A stretch of 64,000 nt of DNA, from positions 454 through 64,453 of the forward strand of contig JAHFKN010000006.1 in the NCBI GenBank assembly GCA_023245355.1, read 5' to 3'. How positions within the stretch are numbered: the first letter of the stretch is position 1; each line of letters opens with the position of its first letter. The translations under genes were made by a program, and so were the position numbers. Under the pieces are notes generated by a model. The model made no database searches and was not told the DNA's origin. It was given only the letters and a program-made list of their open reading frames with translations. Origin of the DNA: Candidatus Gottesmanbacteria bacterium (GTDB lineage Bacteria > Patescibacteriota > Microgenomatia > UBA10105 > UBA927). This document shows, in pieces, positions 35,670 to 46,849 of the stretch.

Positions 35670-38090
35670 TTACGCCGCAGAAAACTTGAGATGCGGGATA
35701 GCGACTTTAAGCACCTCATCCATATGTTCCACGAAATGAAACTTGAGATCGCTTAACACCGCTTTCGGAATATCTTCCAGATCTTTTTTGTTGTTTTTGG
35801 GCAGAATCACTTCTTTGATCCCTGCGCGGTGTGCGGCAATCATCTTTTCTTTGACTCCGCCGATTTCAAGCACCCTGCCGCGGAGCGTGATCTCACCGGT
35901 CATGGCCACCAGTCTCTGCGCCGGCTTCTTGCTGAGCGCTGACACGATGGCTGTTGCTATAGCCGCTCCTGCAGACGGACCGTCTTTGGGAACTGCTCCT
36001 TCGGGAACGTGCACGTGCACATCCAGTTTCTGATAGAACTTCTCCGGCAATTTAAGCGCCTTCCAGCGGCTCCGCACATAGGACATGGCTGCCTGGGCGG
36101 ATTCTTTCATGACGTCGCCCAACTGTCCGGTAAGAATAAGCGTTCCCCTGCCCGGCATAAGCGCTACTTCGATAAACAATATGTCTCCCCCGGCTTCCGT
36201 CCAGGCCAGTCCGGTAGACATACCGATTTCATCCTTTTTCTCGGCAAGCGATGACGTGAATTTGGTCGGCCCCAGGTAACTTTGCAGATCATCCGGACCG
36301 ATTTTGTATTTTTTCCTATCTTTCGTATCTATTTCCGCGATTTTTTTGGCTGTTTTCCGGAACACGGTTGCTACTTCCCGCTCCAGATTACGGACCCCTG
36401 CTTCTCTCGTATACCGACGGATAATCTCACGGAGCGCTTCATCGGAAAGCTCTACCACGCCGTCCGGTATTCCGTGAATCACGCGCTGTTTTTCAAACAG
36501 ATAGTCGTGCGCGATATGGAATTTTTCGTCTTCCGTATACCCGGCAAAGCGGATAATTTCCAGCCGGTCGCGGAGCGCCGGAGGAATCGTGTCCAACTGG
36601 TTACAGGTCGTGATAAAAAACACTTCGGAAAGATCGTAGGGAACCTCGAGATAATGATCGGAAAACGCATAGTTTTGCTCCGGGTCAAGTGCCTCAAGCA
36701 GTGCGGACGACGGGTCACCGCGGAAATCCGCCCCGACTTTGTCTATTTCGTCCAGCATGAATACCGGATTTTTGGTACCTGCCTGCTTAATACCCTGGAT
36801 AATACGGCCCGGCATGGCGCCGACGTATGTTCTGCGGTGTCCGCGGATTTCTGCTTCGTCACGGATCCCTCCCAAAGACATTTTGACGAATTTTCTTCCC
36901 AATGACCGGGCGATGGATTTGCCGATCGATGTTTTTCCTACTCCGGGCGGACCCACGAAACACAAAATAGTAGGAGCAGACTTGTTTCCTTTTTTCTCCG
37001 GTTTCCCGTCTTCTTTTTTGCCGGATTTCTCATCCTTGTCAGGAATTTCATCCGTCGTACTGCGAAGCTTCATGACAGCCAAAAATTCCAGGATACGTTC
37101 TTTGATTTTGCCTAACGCGTAATGATCGTCATTCAGCACTTTTTCCGCATCGGAAAGATTCACGGCGTTGGTGCTCTCGGCGTTCCACGGCACTTCCACG
37201 AGCCAGTCCAGATATGTACGCACGTATGAGGCTTCCGGATTGTATTGGGACATCTGGGTAAGCCTATGGAGCTCTTTCTCCGCCTTTTCCTTCACCTCAA
37301 CGGGCATACCGGCTTTTTTAATTTTGTCGGCAAGCTCCTTAAACTCTTTGTTTTCATCATCGTCGCCGAGCTCTTTTTCTATCGTTTTTATGCGTTCACG
37401 AAGCACCTGTTCCTTCACATTTTTCTCAAACTTTTCCTGAGTTTTCGTCGCAATCTTGCGCTCCAGTTCCAGCACTTTCACTTCTTTGGCCAGATACGCG
37501 GCTTCCTTTTCGAACCGGGCCTTTACGGAATTGATTTCCAGAAGTTCCTGCCGCTCACTCGGTTTGGTATCCAGTACTCCTGCCAGCTGATAGGACAATG
37601 TCTGCGGCGACATGCCGGACATAATATTCATAAATGTAAGGAAGTCCATGGTCTTCCCGAGCTTCACTGCCTGCCGCAATACGCCGGTTAAGTGGTTAAA
37701 CAGCGCTTTGGTTTCATCGTCGTCTTCTATGACGTCAGCGACATCCGCCACGCGGGCCACAAAAAACGGCTCGACTGCTTCATACGACGTAAGCTCTACT
37801 TTGGCAATCCCACGGACCAGCGCGTTTATCTCCCCTTCGTTCCGCATCATCTGCACGATTTCTCCGACCGTACCGATCTGGTAGAGGTCGCTGGGGGTAG
37901 GATCGTTAATACTGGGGTTTCGTTGCATGACCAGTACGACGCGCTTGCCTGCATTCTGGGCAGCCTCAATCGCGGACACGGAACGCTGTCGGCCGAATGT
38001 GAGAATCATTTCCGTACCCGGAAACACGATTCCGTCGCGGATAGGAACAACCGGAAGCATTTGATTTGGATTATCAAGTGACGTACTCAT
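35670..38090 (-). CDS. lon: ATP-dependent Lon protease
   Basis: Lon N-terminal domain, AAA+ Walker A motif GPPGVGKTS, and a proteolytic Ser-Lys dyad region ([11 protein letters not shown]). Confidence 0.95.
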   Translation of the reverse strand: MSTSLDNPNQMLPVVPIRDGIVFPGTEMILTFGRQRSVSAIEAAQNAGKRVVLVMQRNPSINDPTPSDLYQIGTVGEIVQMMRNEGEINALVRGIAKVELTSYEAVEPFFVARVADVADVIEDDDETKALFNHLTGVLRQAVKLGKTMDFLTFMNIMSGMSPQTLSYQLAGVLDTKPSERQELLEINSVKARFEKEAAYLAKEVKVLELERKIATKTQEKFEKNVKEQVLRERIKTIEKELGDDDENKEFKELADKIKKAGMPVEVKEKAEKELHRLTQMSQYNPEASYVRTYLDWLVEVPWNAESTNAVNLSDAEKVLNDDHYALGKIKERILEFLAVMKLRSTTDEIPDKDEKSGKKEDGKPEKKGNKSAPTILCFVGPPGVGKTSIGKSIARSLGRKFVKMSLGGIRDEAEIRGHRRTYVGAMPGRIIQGIKQAGTKNPVFMLDEIDKVGADFRGDPSSALLEALDPEQNYAFSDHYLEVPYDLSEVFFITTCNQLDTIPPALRDRLEIIRFAGYTEDEKFHIAHDYLFEKQRVIHGIPDGVVELSDEALREIIRRYTREAGVRNLEREVATVFRKTAKKIAEIDTKDRKKYKIGPDDLQSYLGPTKFTSSLAEKKDEIGMSTGLAWTEAGGDILFIEVALMPGRGTLILTGQLGDVMKESAQAAMSYVRSRWKALKLPEKFYQKLDVHVHVPEGAVPKDGPSAGAAIATAIVSALSKKPAQRLVAMTGEITLRGRVLEIGGVKEKMIAAHRAGIKEVILPKNNKKDLEDIPKAVLSDLKFHFVEHMDEVLKVAIPHLKFSAA

Positions 38091-38126
38091 AATATATGTT
38101 AGGAAATAGGAAACGTTTTACCCTGA

Positions 38127-38153
38127 TTAGCACTCTAGTATAACAAGTGCTAA
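38127..38153. promoter_or_regulatory. CIRCE element (HrcA operator) overlapping the lon promoter
   Basis: TTAGCACTC-N9-aAGTGCTAA matches the CIRCE consensus TTAGCACTC-N9-GAGTGCTAA. The lon -35 TTGACA and -10 TATACT sit 16 bp apart with the -10 inside the CIRCE spacer, about 40 nt upstream of the lon ATG. Confidence 0.7.
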
Positions 38154-38192
38154 ACAATTGTCAACCCCTGATTTTCCTTACCCTGGCCGGCA

Positions 38193-39056
38193 TCAGACAA
38201 ATTCATTTAACAGCTTGTCCCAATGCGCCGGCTCGAGCGGTAAGCGTATAAGCGGCTCCCCCTGGAGTGCAGACTCCAGCCCTTCACTCGTCGGCCTGTC
38301 TTCTTTATATAACACACCAAGCGGTATTTTGTCTCCCCACTCCATCGATTTTTCCAGAGCGGTGAGCTTGTTGTCCGGGACATATCCGGTCCCGTCTAAT
38401 TTGTACAGGCGCTGCCTGTACCACTGATACGTATGAACTTTATCAAAGGTGACACACGGCTGCAACACATCCAAAACGGCAAATCCCTTGTGATTCATCG
38501 CCTGTTCCATCAGTGCGGTAAGCCCGGGCATATCTCCGGCAAATCCCCGTGCCACAAACGTCGCTCCTGAGACAAGCGCTAAAGCAAGCGGATTGACGGG
38601 CGAGTCGGTGCTTCCTTCCGGCGTCGATTTCGTTTTGAATCCCGGCTTGGCTGTCGGAGACGCCTGACCGGTCGTTAACCCGTATACCTGATTATCATGG
38701 ATAATAACGGTGAGATCAGGGTTCCGTTTGGCAGCGTGCATAAAATGATTACCGCCCTCTCCCAAACAATCCCCGTCACCCGATACCACCACAACCGGCA
38801 GCGTGTGATTAGCAAGTTTTATCCCCTGAGCGACCGGAAGTGCTCTGCCATGGAGTCCCGCAAATCCATACATGCGCATCCAGTCATACATGTTTCCGTG
38901 ACATCCGATGCCGTAAACCACCATTCCGTCATCCGGGCCTATCCCTAACTTGGCAAACGCGCCCTGCAGCGATTTCCAGATGCCGAAATCTCCGCACCCC
39001 GGGCACCAGGTCGGTAAAAATCCCGTATTGTATGATTCCGCAGTCAATGTTGCCAT
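38193..39056 (-). CDS. korB: 2-oxoacid:ferredoxin oxidoreductase beta subunit (TPP-binding; KorB/PorB-like)
   Basis: N-terminal CPGCGDFG motif and TPP-binding region (GDGDCLGEGGNHF). Confidence 0.85.
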   Translation of the reverse strand: MATLTAESYNTGFLPTWCPGCGDFGIWKSLQGAFAKLGIGPDDGMVVYGIGCHGNMYDWMRMYGFAGLHGRALPVAQGIKLANHTLPVVVVSGDGDCLGEGGNHFMHAAKRNPDLTVIIHDNQVYGLTTGQASPTAKPGFKTKSTPEGSTDSPVNPLALALVSGATFVARGFAGDMPGLTALMEQAMNHKGFAVLDVLQPCVTFDKVHTYQWYRQRLYKLDGTGYVPDNKLTALEKSMEWGDKIPLGVLYKEDRPTSEGLESALQGEPLIRLPLEPAHWDKLLNEFV

Positions 39057-39059
39057 AGG

Positions 39060-40793
39060 TTAACTCAGTTTACTCACTATTTCTTCCGGCAGCCAGGGTC
39101 TGCCGTCGAATTTTAACAATTTTTCGGTAATCTCTGTTCCTGTTTCCGACATGATCAGACGTGCTAATTGTCCCGTCGCATTCTGCTCCACGTCGATAAT
39201 CCTTTTAGCTGCGGCAAACAGCTTCTTCGTTTCGGCAACCGGGAACGGATATACCCACGGATAGGTAATCACTCCGACTTTTTTACCCTGACTCCGCAGG
39301 GTTTCCATCGCCGTTATCACGGCCCCTTTGGTAGTTCCCCAGGTGACCAGCGTGATGTCTGCCTGCTCATCTCCGGCATATACAGGCGGCATGATACCCG
39401 ACTCGATGGCTTTCGTTTTCCTCCGGCGCTTCTCTGTCATCGCGATACGCGTATCGGCCCGGTCCGTCACATGCCCTGTCCCGTCATGTTCATAGGAATT
39501 CGCATAGTACTGGCCGTGTTTAGCTCCCGGCACGCTTCTTGCGGATACGCCGTTTTCTACATCTGCGTCATACCGCTGGAACTGCCCTTCCGCAGCCCCG
39601 GTATCGGATAATAGCAACTTACCCCGGTCGATCGTCACCGGTTGGTTAAGCTGAGAAACCGGTATGCACCACTGGCTTTCGTTCAGGTATTTATCCGTAA
39701 GCACGAACACAGGAACCTGATAACGGTCTGCCAGGTTAAATGCGGTAGCGGTCAGACTGTATGCTTCTTCCGCATCCGCGGGAGCCAAAATAATTCTGGG
39801 AAATTCTCCGTGTCCTGCATAGATGGTAAACAGCAGTTCTCCTTGTTCGGTATACGTCGGCATACCGGTAGCGGGTCCTGCACGCATCCCCAAATCGATC
39901 ACAAGCGGCGCTTCCACCATGCCGGCAAGAGAAAGTCCCTCTACCATAAGTGAAAATCCGCCACCGGAGGTCGCGACCATGCTCCGGGCTCCCGCTATAG
40001 ACGCACCGATTGCCATATTGATTCCCGCTATTTCATCTTCCGGCTGTTTATAGACGATGCCGAATTCTTTGGCGTGATCTGCCAGAAATGTAATGAGTGC
40101 GTTAATCGGGGTCATCGGATAAATCGCGGCGAACTTGAGCCCTGCCCGCACTGCTCCCAAGCCGACTGCTTCGCTTCCGTTTACGATTGCCTGTTTTTCG
40201 GTGACGGTACCCGGCGATACGTGCATGTCAGTGAGCGCGGCAAAATGCGTTTTGACGTAATCAAATCCTGCGCGGGCAATTTTTTCGTTTTGGTCGACTA
40301 CTTCCTGTCCTTTATGGATAAACTGGTCGTGGATAACGGAAAACAGCGCTTCAAACGGCACCCCCAAACACGCAATACTCGCTCCCAGCACGACCGTATT
40401 GCGCATGACAACATCCGCATGCAATTCACTTACGATATCCCGAAGGGGAATCGGAACCAACGTTACCGGTTTGGGGAAATCTGCGGCTGTCCATTCTTTT
40501 TCTTTGGGGTCATACAGCACATAGGCACCTTCGTTTAACTGTGCTTTATGTATTTCTACCGTTTCTGCGTTCAGTGCTACCAGAATATGCAGATCTTTCG
40601 TCATGCCGTAAAACGGCTTGCTGCCGATACGGACGGAAACGACGTTGTGTCCTCCGCGGATTAACGAGGGGTAATCATTGACGGCGAATACATGGTATCC
40701 TGTCCGGGCAAATGTCCGGGCCAGCACGGTACCCGATGACATGATGCCAAAGCCCGCTTCCCCTCCGATAGTCCATGTGACGTTATCCTTCAT
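39060..40793 (-). CDS. korA: 2-oxoacid:ferredoxin oxidoreductase alpha subunit (fused alpha/gamma; KorA-like)
   Basis: 577 aa with PFOR domains I and III/II. It lies immediately upstream of korB. Confidence 0.85.
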   Translation of the reverse strand: MKDNVTWTIGGEAGFGIMSSGTVLARTFARTGYHVFAVNDYPSLIRGGHNVVSVRIGSKPFYGMTKDLHILVALNAETVEIHKAQLNEGAYVLYDPKEKEWTAADFPKPVTLVPIPLRDIVSELHADVVMRNTVVLGASIACLGVPFEALFSVIHDQFIHKGQEVVDQNEKIARAGFDYVKTHFAALTDMHVSPGTVTEKQAIVNGSEAVGLGAVRAGLKFAAIYPMTPINALITFLADHAKEFGIVYKQPEDEIAGINMAIGASIAGARSMVATSGGGFSLMVEGLSLAGMVEAPLVIDLGMRAGPATGMPTYTEQGELLFTIYAGHGEFPRIILAPADAEEAYSLTATAFNLADRYQVPVFVLTDKYLNESQWCIPVSQLNQPVTIDRGKLLLSDTGAAEGQFQRYDADVENGVSARSVPGAKHGQYYANSYEHDGTGHVTDRADTRIAMTEKRRRKTKAIESGIMPPVYAGDEQADITLVTWGTTKGAVITAMETLRSQGKKVGVITYPWVYPFPVAETKKLFAAAKRIIDVEQNATGQLARLIMSETGTEITEKLLKFDGRPWLPEEIVSKLS

Positions 40794-40869
40794 ACCTTAT
40801 GTTATTGTAGTCGGATGATTCCCGAAAAATCATGCGGCATTCCGGGGGCTCCTACTTCATTATTACCTA

Positions 40870-41124
40870 TTACGGATAAATTTGCTTGCCGGTTTCGTCG
40901 GTAATGAATATCGCCATGACGGGACAACCCTTTGCGGCTTCAAGAAGCGCGTTGTCCGTTTCTTCTGCCGACGTATCCAGGATGATCGCCTTGGCTTCAT
41001 CGTCGAGCGCCCAAGCCTTCGGCGCCAATGCAATACACGTCGCGGCTCCGATACAAAGATCGCGGTCTATCCGCATCGTCCAGTTCCGTATTTTCCTCAC
41101 TACTTTCGGGTCGTTTGCGTCCAT
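40870..41124 (-). CDS. Small 4Fe-4S ferredoxin
   Basis: DRDLCIGAATC...GCP cysteine pattern of mono-cluster ferredoxins. It is adjacent to korAB. Confidence 0.65.
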   Translation of the reverse strand: MDANDPKVVRKIRNWTMRIDRDLCIGAATCIALAPKAWALDDEAKAIILDTSAEETDNALLEAAKGCPVMAIFITDETGKQIYP

Positions 41125-41165
41125 ATGTATCGAATATATCCCAAGTCCGGAAAAACAACAATCGG

Positions 41166-41540
41166 TTATCTCACAGATTGTACAGCCTTATGTATCGCTT
41201 CCAGGGGAAGCAGTGCACATTTCACCCGGGAGGGTGTGAGTCGTGTTCCCAGCAGCGCTTCCACATCGGTAAGCGTAAGATTGAGCACATCAGCAACCTT
41301 CATTCCCGTTACTTTTTCGGTAAGCATGGAGGCGCTCGCCTGATTGATCGCGCAGCCCTCTCCGTTGAAACGGATTTCTTCTATTACCGGCGTTTTCCCA
41401 CGACGCAGGCGCACTTCGATAGCTATCCTGTCGCCGCAGCTTACGTTTATTTCTTCGCTTGTAACGAACGCGCCTTCAAGGTGCCCGAAATTTCTCGGGT
41501 GTTTATAATGATCGAGGATATTTTCGCGGTAGAGGTCCAT
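41166..41540 (-). CDS. sufU: Fe-S cluster assembly scaffold SufU/IscU (NifU-like)
   Basis: Three conserved Cys (SCGD, GEGCAI, KCALLP) and the NifU N-terminal fold. Confidence 0.85.
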   Translation of the reverse strand: MDLYRENILDHYKHPRNFGHLEGAFVTSEEINVSCGDRIAIEVRLRRGKTPVIEEIRFNGEGCAINQASASMLTEKVTGMKVADVLNLTLTDVEALLGTRLTPSRVKCALLPLEAIHKAVQSVR

Positions 41541-42769
41541 TACGAAAAGATTTTTTGTACCTTCAATAATCCTTCGACAAGCATATCGATATCTGCTTTT
41601 GTCGTGTATATGTAAAACGACGCTCTGGCAGTAGAAGCAACGTGTAAATAATCATGAAGCGGCATGGCACAGTGATTGCCGGCACGGATAAATATATTGT
41701 CTTCATTCAGCAGTTGTGCAATATCATGCGGATGCGCCTGCTTCATGAAACAGGCAAATACACCTCCGCGCAAATCGGCGCGTTTCGGTCCGACGAAATC
41801 CAACCCCTCAACCTGACTGAATTGTTCTATGGCATATGTCACAAGTTCCTGTTCGTGCGCACGGACGTGTTCCATGCCAAGGGCAGTCAGATATTCAACT
41901 GCAGCGCCGAACCCGATCACCCCGGCAATGTGCGGCGTACCTGCTTCAAATTTATGCGGTGCTTTTTTAAACACCGTCCTGTCAATGTGGACCTCGGAAA
42001 TCATATCGCCGCCGTAGTTAAACGGCTTCATATCTTCCAGCAAGTCACGTCTGCCCCAAAGCACTCCGATCCCGGTCGGCCCCAGCATCTTATGACTGGA
42101 AAATGCGACGAAATCCGCCCCCCAATCGCCGACATCGACCGACATATGGGGAACTGCCTGAGCAGCGTCTATAAGCACCAGACACTTTGGATTGAGGTGT
42201 TTCACTGTTCGAACAATTTCCTTGATCGGATTTATCGTTCCGAGCACATTTGACGCGGCAGTAACTGCAACTAGCTTGGTTTTCTTCGTTACGAGCTTTT
42301 CAAGTGCCTTCATATCGAGCAGGCCGTTTTTGTCCGTATACCAGATATCGACGTCTATTCCGCGCCCGCTGCCCAGTTGCTGCCAGGGAACGAAATTGGA
42401 ATGATGTTCCATGATGGTCGTCAGCACCCTGTCGCCTGATGCCCAGACATCGAGCATAAAACTATACGCTACCAGGTTTATGGATTCAGACGTGTTGCGG
42501 GTAAATACGATCTCATCAGAAGATGCAGCCCCGATAAACTTGGCTGTAATCTCCCGCGCTTTCTCATATTCCGCCGTGGCTTCCTCACTGGTTGTATATA
42601 TCCCGCGGAATACATTGGCGGTGTATTTGGTGTAATACTCGTTTTCTTTGTCGATGACCTGTTGCGGCTTAAGCGACGTAGCAGTCGAGTCCAGGTACAC
42701 AATCCGCTTCCCGTTTATGGTGCGCTTCAGGTGCGGAAAATCTTTTTGAATTATTTTCGGATCGAACAT
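41540..42769 (-). CDS. sufS: Cysteine desulfurase SufS
   Basis: Class V aminotransferase fold with the PLP Lys (SSHKMLGPTG) and an active Cys near the C-terminus (RAGNHCA). Confidence 0.9.
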   Translation of the reverse strand: MFDPKIIQKDFPHLKRTINGKRIVYLDSTATSLKPQQVIDKENEYYTKYTANVFRGIYTTSEEATAEYEKAREITAKFIGAASSDEIVFTRNTSESINLVAYSFMLDVWASGDRVLTTIMEHHSNFVPWQQLGSGRGIDVDIWYTDKNGLLDMKALEKLVTKKTKLVAVTAASNVLGTINPIKEIVRTVKHLNPKCLVLIDAAQAVPHMSVDVGDWGADFVAFSSHKMLGPTGIGVLWGRRDLLEDMKPFNYGGDMISEVHIDRTVFKKAPHKFEAGTPHIAGVIGFGAAVEYLTALGMEHVRAHEQELVTYAIEQFSQVEGLDFVGPKRADLRGGVFACFMKQAHPHDIAQLLNEDNIFIRAGNHCAMPLHDYLHVASTARASFYIYTTKADIDMLVEGLLKVQKIFS

Positions 42770-42778
42770 ATTGTTCTC

Positions 42779-43090
42779 TTATGCTTTGATATATACGCTG
42801 CCGTTGTCAGCTTTCGTTTCGTACGACTGCACGTCGCGCGGTGCGGGCGGCGCCATCACATGTCCCGTCGTTACGTCATACTGGGCGCCGTGACAACCGC
42901 AAATGATCACATTGCCGTCAAGCGCACCTTCGCTGCCCAGTGAACATTGCTCATGCGTACACGCATCATCAACAGCAAAATATGATCCGTCGACATTAGC
43001 AAGCGCAATGCGCTTGCCGTTCACAACATATGTTCGCATACTGCCGGGAGGTAGGTCTGTAACTTTGCACACAAAACTATAATTCTTCAT
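42779..43090 (-). CDS. Rieske [2Fe-2S] domain protein embedded in the suf operon
   Basis: CTHEQCS...CGCHGAQYD Rieske boxes. The start is MKNYSF with an AGGAGG RBS. Confidence 0.8.
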   Translation of the reverse strand: MKNYSFVCKVTDLPPGSMRTYVVNGKRIALANVDGSYFAVDDACTHEQCSLGSEGALDGNVIICGCHGAQYDVTTGHVMAPPAPRDVQSYETKADNGSVYIKA

Positions 43091-43100
43091 AGTAATCCTC

Positions 43101-43724
43101 CTAAAATTCTGAAATTTTCTGCTCGACCAGCGTGCGGTCCTTCTCATCCGTAATACGAGTGAGCGCGCTTTTCAAAAACCCCGACGCTATCATATCGCGT
43201 CCTGTATCCCGGTCAATACCCCGGGAGCATAAATACCACAGTTCATTTTCATCCAGTGTCTTTACAACGGCCCCATGAGTGCAGCGCACGTCGTTTGCCA
43301 GAATTTCCAGCGCGGGAGAACTCGTCGCGTGCGTGTGCTCGTCCAGCAATAGATTCTCGTTCCGCTGGTACGCATCGGTTTTTTGTGCCGACGCATCCAC
43401 GCGGATACTGCCGTCGTAAAGCGCTTCGCTATGCCCCCGCAAAACACTCTTTACCAACAAATCACTGGTCGTTCCGGAGGCCACATGATGCTGCAGTGTA
43501 TGTACCCGGATTTTACCGTGCGCGCTACCGCTGATCAGACTGATAATCGTGGCGGATGCGCCAACACCCACAAGATGCACCGACGGAGATATATCCGTAT
43601 CGGTTGAACCGTCTACGACATACACCAAAATCAACTGCGCGTTTTTCCCGACGGCGTAGGATTCACTCACCGTTCCCCCGGCAACTTTTTTGACAACGAC
43701 GGAGTGACCGGTTATGGTTTTCAT
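43101..43724 (-). CDS. sufD: SufD-like Fe-S assembly protein (short; C-terminal core only)
   Basis: SufB/D C-terminal region (LWYLCSRGIDRDTGRDMIASGF). Only 207 aa versus the usual 400 or more. Confidence 0.7.
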   Translation of the reverse strand: MKTITGHSVVVKKVAGGTVSESYAVGKNAQLILVYVVDGSTDTDISPSVHLVGVGASATIISLISGSAHGKIRVHTLQHHVASGTTSDLLVKSVLRGHSEALYDGSIRVDASAQKTDAYQRNENLLLDEHTHATSSPALEILANDVRCTHGAVVKTLDENELWYLCSRGIDRDTGRDMIASGFLKSALTRITDEKDRTLVEQKISEF

Positions 43725-43796
43725 CCAACTGATCCCTCTCCCGCAAAGCGGGACTTCGCCAAGTTACACTTGGCTTCGCATTGCATGTGTATATAG

Positions 43797-45194
43797 TTAT
43801 CCAACTGATCCCTCCATCTGTAGTTGAATTAATCTATTCATTTCGACGGCGTACTCAAGCGGCAGCTCCCGGACAATGGGTTCTATAAATCCGTTTACGA
43901 TCATGGATTCGGCCTGCGGTTTGGATATGCCGCGGCTCTCAAGATAAAACAGCTGCTCGTCACCGATTTTGGACACCGTGGCCTCGTGTTCTATCTGCGT
44001 TTCGTGCTCGTGTATTTTCATAGTGGGGTAGGTGTCGGAACGCGAGGATTCATCCAGTATCAGCGCGTCGCATACTACCTTTGATTTGCAGTGGTGCGCG
44101 CCGGGGAATACTTCTACCAAACCCCGGTACGACGTGCGCCCGCCTCCGCGGCTTATCGATTTGGAGATAATCTGCGATGTCGTCTCGGGCGCATAGTGCA
44201 CGGCTTTCCCGCCTGCGTCCTGATGCTGATTCGGCCCTGCGTACGCAATAGAGAGGACTTCACCGCGTGCTTTGCGCCCCATCAGATACACACTCGGATA
44301 TTTCATCGTAACTTTGCTGCCCAAATTTCCGTCTACCCACTCCATCGCCCCTTCTTCTTCCACGCGTGCACGTTTGGTCACGAGATTATAGACATTGTTA
44401 CTCCAGTTCTGAATGGTCGTATACCGGACCCGCGCGCCTTTTTTTACGATAATTTCCACGACAGCCGAATGCAGCGAATCAGTCGAATATATCGGGGCAG
44501 TGCACCCTTCCACATAATGGACATAGCTGCCTTCTTCCGCAATGATAAGCGTCCGCTCAAACTGCCCCATGTTTGCCGCATTGATACGGAAATACGCCTG
44601 CAACGGTAAATCCACATGGACGCCTTTGGGAACGTATACAAACGATCCGCCGCTCCATACGCTGGTATTTAACGCGGCAAATTTATTGTCTCCGCTGGGT
44701 ATGACCGTTCCGAAATACTGCCGTACCAAATCGGGATATTCGCGGAGCCCCGAATCCATATCGAGGAATATAACACCTTTTTTTGACAGCGAACTCTGAA
44801 TGCTTTTATAGACCACTTCGCTTTCATATTGTGCCGATACCCCGGCCAGAAACTTTTTTTCCGCTTCCGGAATCCCTATCCTGTCGTATGTATCGCGTAT
44901 CTCCGGCGGCAGATCTTCCCAGCGGTTGGCTTTTTTGTCCGTCGGCTTGATGTAATAAAAAATATCGTCGAATTTAATCGTCGAAAGATCCGCTCCCCAT
45001 GTGGGTAGCGCCTTTTTCGTAAAAATCATATGCGCCATGACCCTGCGCTCCAGCATCCAGGCGGGTTCATGTTTATGCAGGCTTATATTGCGCACGCCTT
45101 CGATGTCCAGACCGCGAGCGGATTTAAACACGTAGTGTTCCGGTTTATGAAAACCGTATTTGTACTTGCCGCTGATCGGTGATTTTGTTTTCAT
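43797..45194 (-). CDS. sufB: Fe-S cluster assembly protein SufB
   Basis: 465 aa SufB with the conserved C-terminus ([21 protein letters not shown]). Confidence 0.9.
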   Translation of the reverse strand: MKTKSPISGKYKYGFHKPEHYVFKSARGLDIEGVRNISLHKHEPAWMLERRVMAHMIFTKKALPTWGADLSTIKFDDIFYYIKPTDKKANRWEDLPPEIRDTYDRIGIPEAEKKFLAGVSAQYESEVVYKSIQSSLSKKGVIFLDMDSGLREYPDLVRQYFGTVIPSGDNKFAALNTSVWSGGSFVYVPKGVHVDLPLQAYFRINAANMGQFERTLIIAEEGSYVHYVEGCTAPIYSTDSLHSAVVEIIVKKGARVRYTTIQNWSNNVYNLVTKRARVEEEGAMEWVDGNLGSKVTMKYPSVYLMGRKARGEVLSIAYAGPNQHQDAGGKAVHYAPETTSQIISKSISRGGGRTSYRGLVEVFPGAHHCKSKVVCDALILDESSRSDTYPTMKIHEHETQIEHEATVSKIGDEQLFYLESRGISKPQAESMIVNGFIEPIVRELPLEYAVEMNRLIQLQMEGSVG

Positions 45195-45228
45195 ACTGTG
45201 CCAACCGGTGAAGACAAGTCTTTTCGGG

Positions 45229-46041
45229 TCAGGAAAGGTATGCGCCGTATCCTTTGGTTTCTATCTTTTTGGCGAGGGTATAATCGCCGGTATCTACGAC
45301 GTTTCCTGCAACCAGAATATGCACGACATCAGGCTTCACGTAGCGCAGAATCCGCTGGTAGTGCGTGATGATAAGTACACCCACGCCTTTTTTCCGCAGC
45401 ACGCTTATCCCTTTGGAAACGGCGCGCAGCGCATCGACATCCAGGCCGGTATCTATCTCATCAAACACGGCAAATTCGTGCGGCAATACGAGGGCCTGCA
45501 GCATCTCAATTTTTTTGCGCTCCCCGCCGGAAAACCCGTCGTGAATTCCGCGGTTTAACAAATCCTCTGACAGACGGAGTGTCTTGGCATGCGCTTTTAC
45601 CATATTCATAAAATCGCCGATCGGCATACTCCCTACCTGAAATCTCCGAGCAAGCACGGGATTCTGCACCGGTTCGGTTTTTTTGGGATGTTTGGCGGCA
45701 TGACGCAACTCATACGATGCGCGGAGCAAATTCATCACCGTTACACCGGGAATGGCTATCGGGGACTGAAACGCCAAGAACAATCCGGCTGTTGCGCGGT
45801 CTTCGGTAGCAAGCGGAAGGATATTTTTTTTGTCCAATAGTATTGCTGACGCTATTTTTTTTCCTTTTGTTCCCACGGTGTATGCGGGATGACCCAGAAG
45901 TACCGACGCGAGCGTGGACTTACCGCTGCCGTTGGGGCCCATGACGGCGTGGACTTCACCGCTTTTTATGACCATGTCTACCCCGTGAAGTATTTCCTTG
46001 CCCTCCACGCTTGCACGAAGATGTGAAATAGTAAGTTTCAT
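45229..46041 (-). CDS. sufC: Fe-S cluster assembly ATPase SufC
   Basis: ABC ATPase: Walker [10 protein letters not shown], signature FSGGERKK, Walker [13 protein letters not shown]. Confidence 0.9.
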   Translation of the reverse strand: MKLTISHLRASVEGKEILHGVDMVIKSGEVHAVMGPNGSGKSTLASVLLGHPAYTVGTKGKKIASAILLDKKNILPLATEDRATAGLFLAFQSPIAIPGVTVMNLLRASYELRHAAKHPKKTEPVQNPVLARRFQVGSMPIGDFMNMVKAHAKTLRLSEDLLNRGIHDGFSGGERKKIEMLQALVLPHEFAVFDEIDTGLDVDALRAVSKGISVLRKKGVGVLIITHYQRILRYVKPDVVHILVAGNVVDTGDYTLAKKIETKGYGAYLS

Positions 46042-46811
46042 AACCGGTCTGATACGCGGTCGTTTTTGCCCATAAATACTTCGGCAATTCCTATGTACCG
46101 CAACATAAAATATTCATGGGATAAAAACGGATTGTTGGGAATCTCCAGGTATTGCCCGATTTCTTCCGACTGGCTTTTGTGAATCCGGAGCGCCTTTTCT
46201 TTTACCGCCGACACCCGGCGTACATCGATAACGGTAGTAATTTTCTTGTCTTCAACACCCTGCCACGGCCGGCCGAATGATTCGTTCGGAATATATTTCT
46301 TTTTTACAAAATACCGGACAATGCTCTCCGGCATGCACGCGTAATACAGTTTCGGCGGATTTTTATCTTCCGGATCCGCTTCGTATCTGTCCGCGGCATA
46401 TTTTTGGAACGCGAATGTAGTTGCCAGTGTAAGCTTGATATTGTCAGGGTGATTCGTAATACCGGAAGGCTCAAATGTGATCACTGCGTCCGGCTTGTTT
46501 ACCGCCAACAGTGCCGCAATCTTGTCTTCTATCTCCCCGGGAGACTGACTGCTTAATCCCCCGTCTTTGTAATCCAGGAATGTTACGGACCCAACGCCCA
46601 GCATTGCTGCCGCTTCCTCCAGTTCTTTCTGCCTGATTTCAGCAAGCGTACTGCCGCTTTCCGGCTGGTATTCACCCCAAGTGCCCTGCTCTCCGCGCGT
46701 AGCACAGACCAAATCTGCCTTCCAGCCGGCTTTGACGTATTTAGCGACCGTTCCCCCCGCCATATAGGATTCATCAAGCGGGTGGGCGAATATTCCGAGA
46801 AGCTTGCTCAT
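46038..46811 (-). CDS. PIG-L/LmbE family N-acetylglucosaminyl deacetylase
   Basis: AHPDDE-type motif (FAHPLDESYMAGG) and an internal HPDN. Confidence 0.75.
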   Translation of the reverse strand: MSKLLGIFAHPLDESYMAGGTVAKYVKAGWKADLVCATRGEQGTWGEYQPESGSTLAEIRQKELEEAAAMLGVGSVTFLDYKDGGLSSQSPGEIEDKIAALLAVNKPDAVITFEPSGITNHPDNIKLTLATTFAFQKYAADRYEADPEDKNPPKLYYACMPESIVRYFVKKKYIPNESFGRPWQGVEDKKITTVIDVRRVSAVKEKALRIHKSQSEEIGQYLEIPNNPFLSHEYFMLRYIGIAEVFMGKNDRVSDRL

Positions 46812-46849
46812 AAGAGCGTATAGTAACCTATTTCACAATAAAAGAGAAC

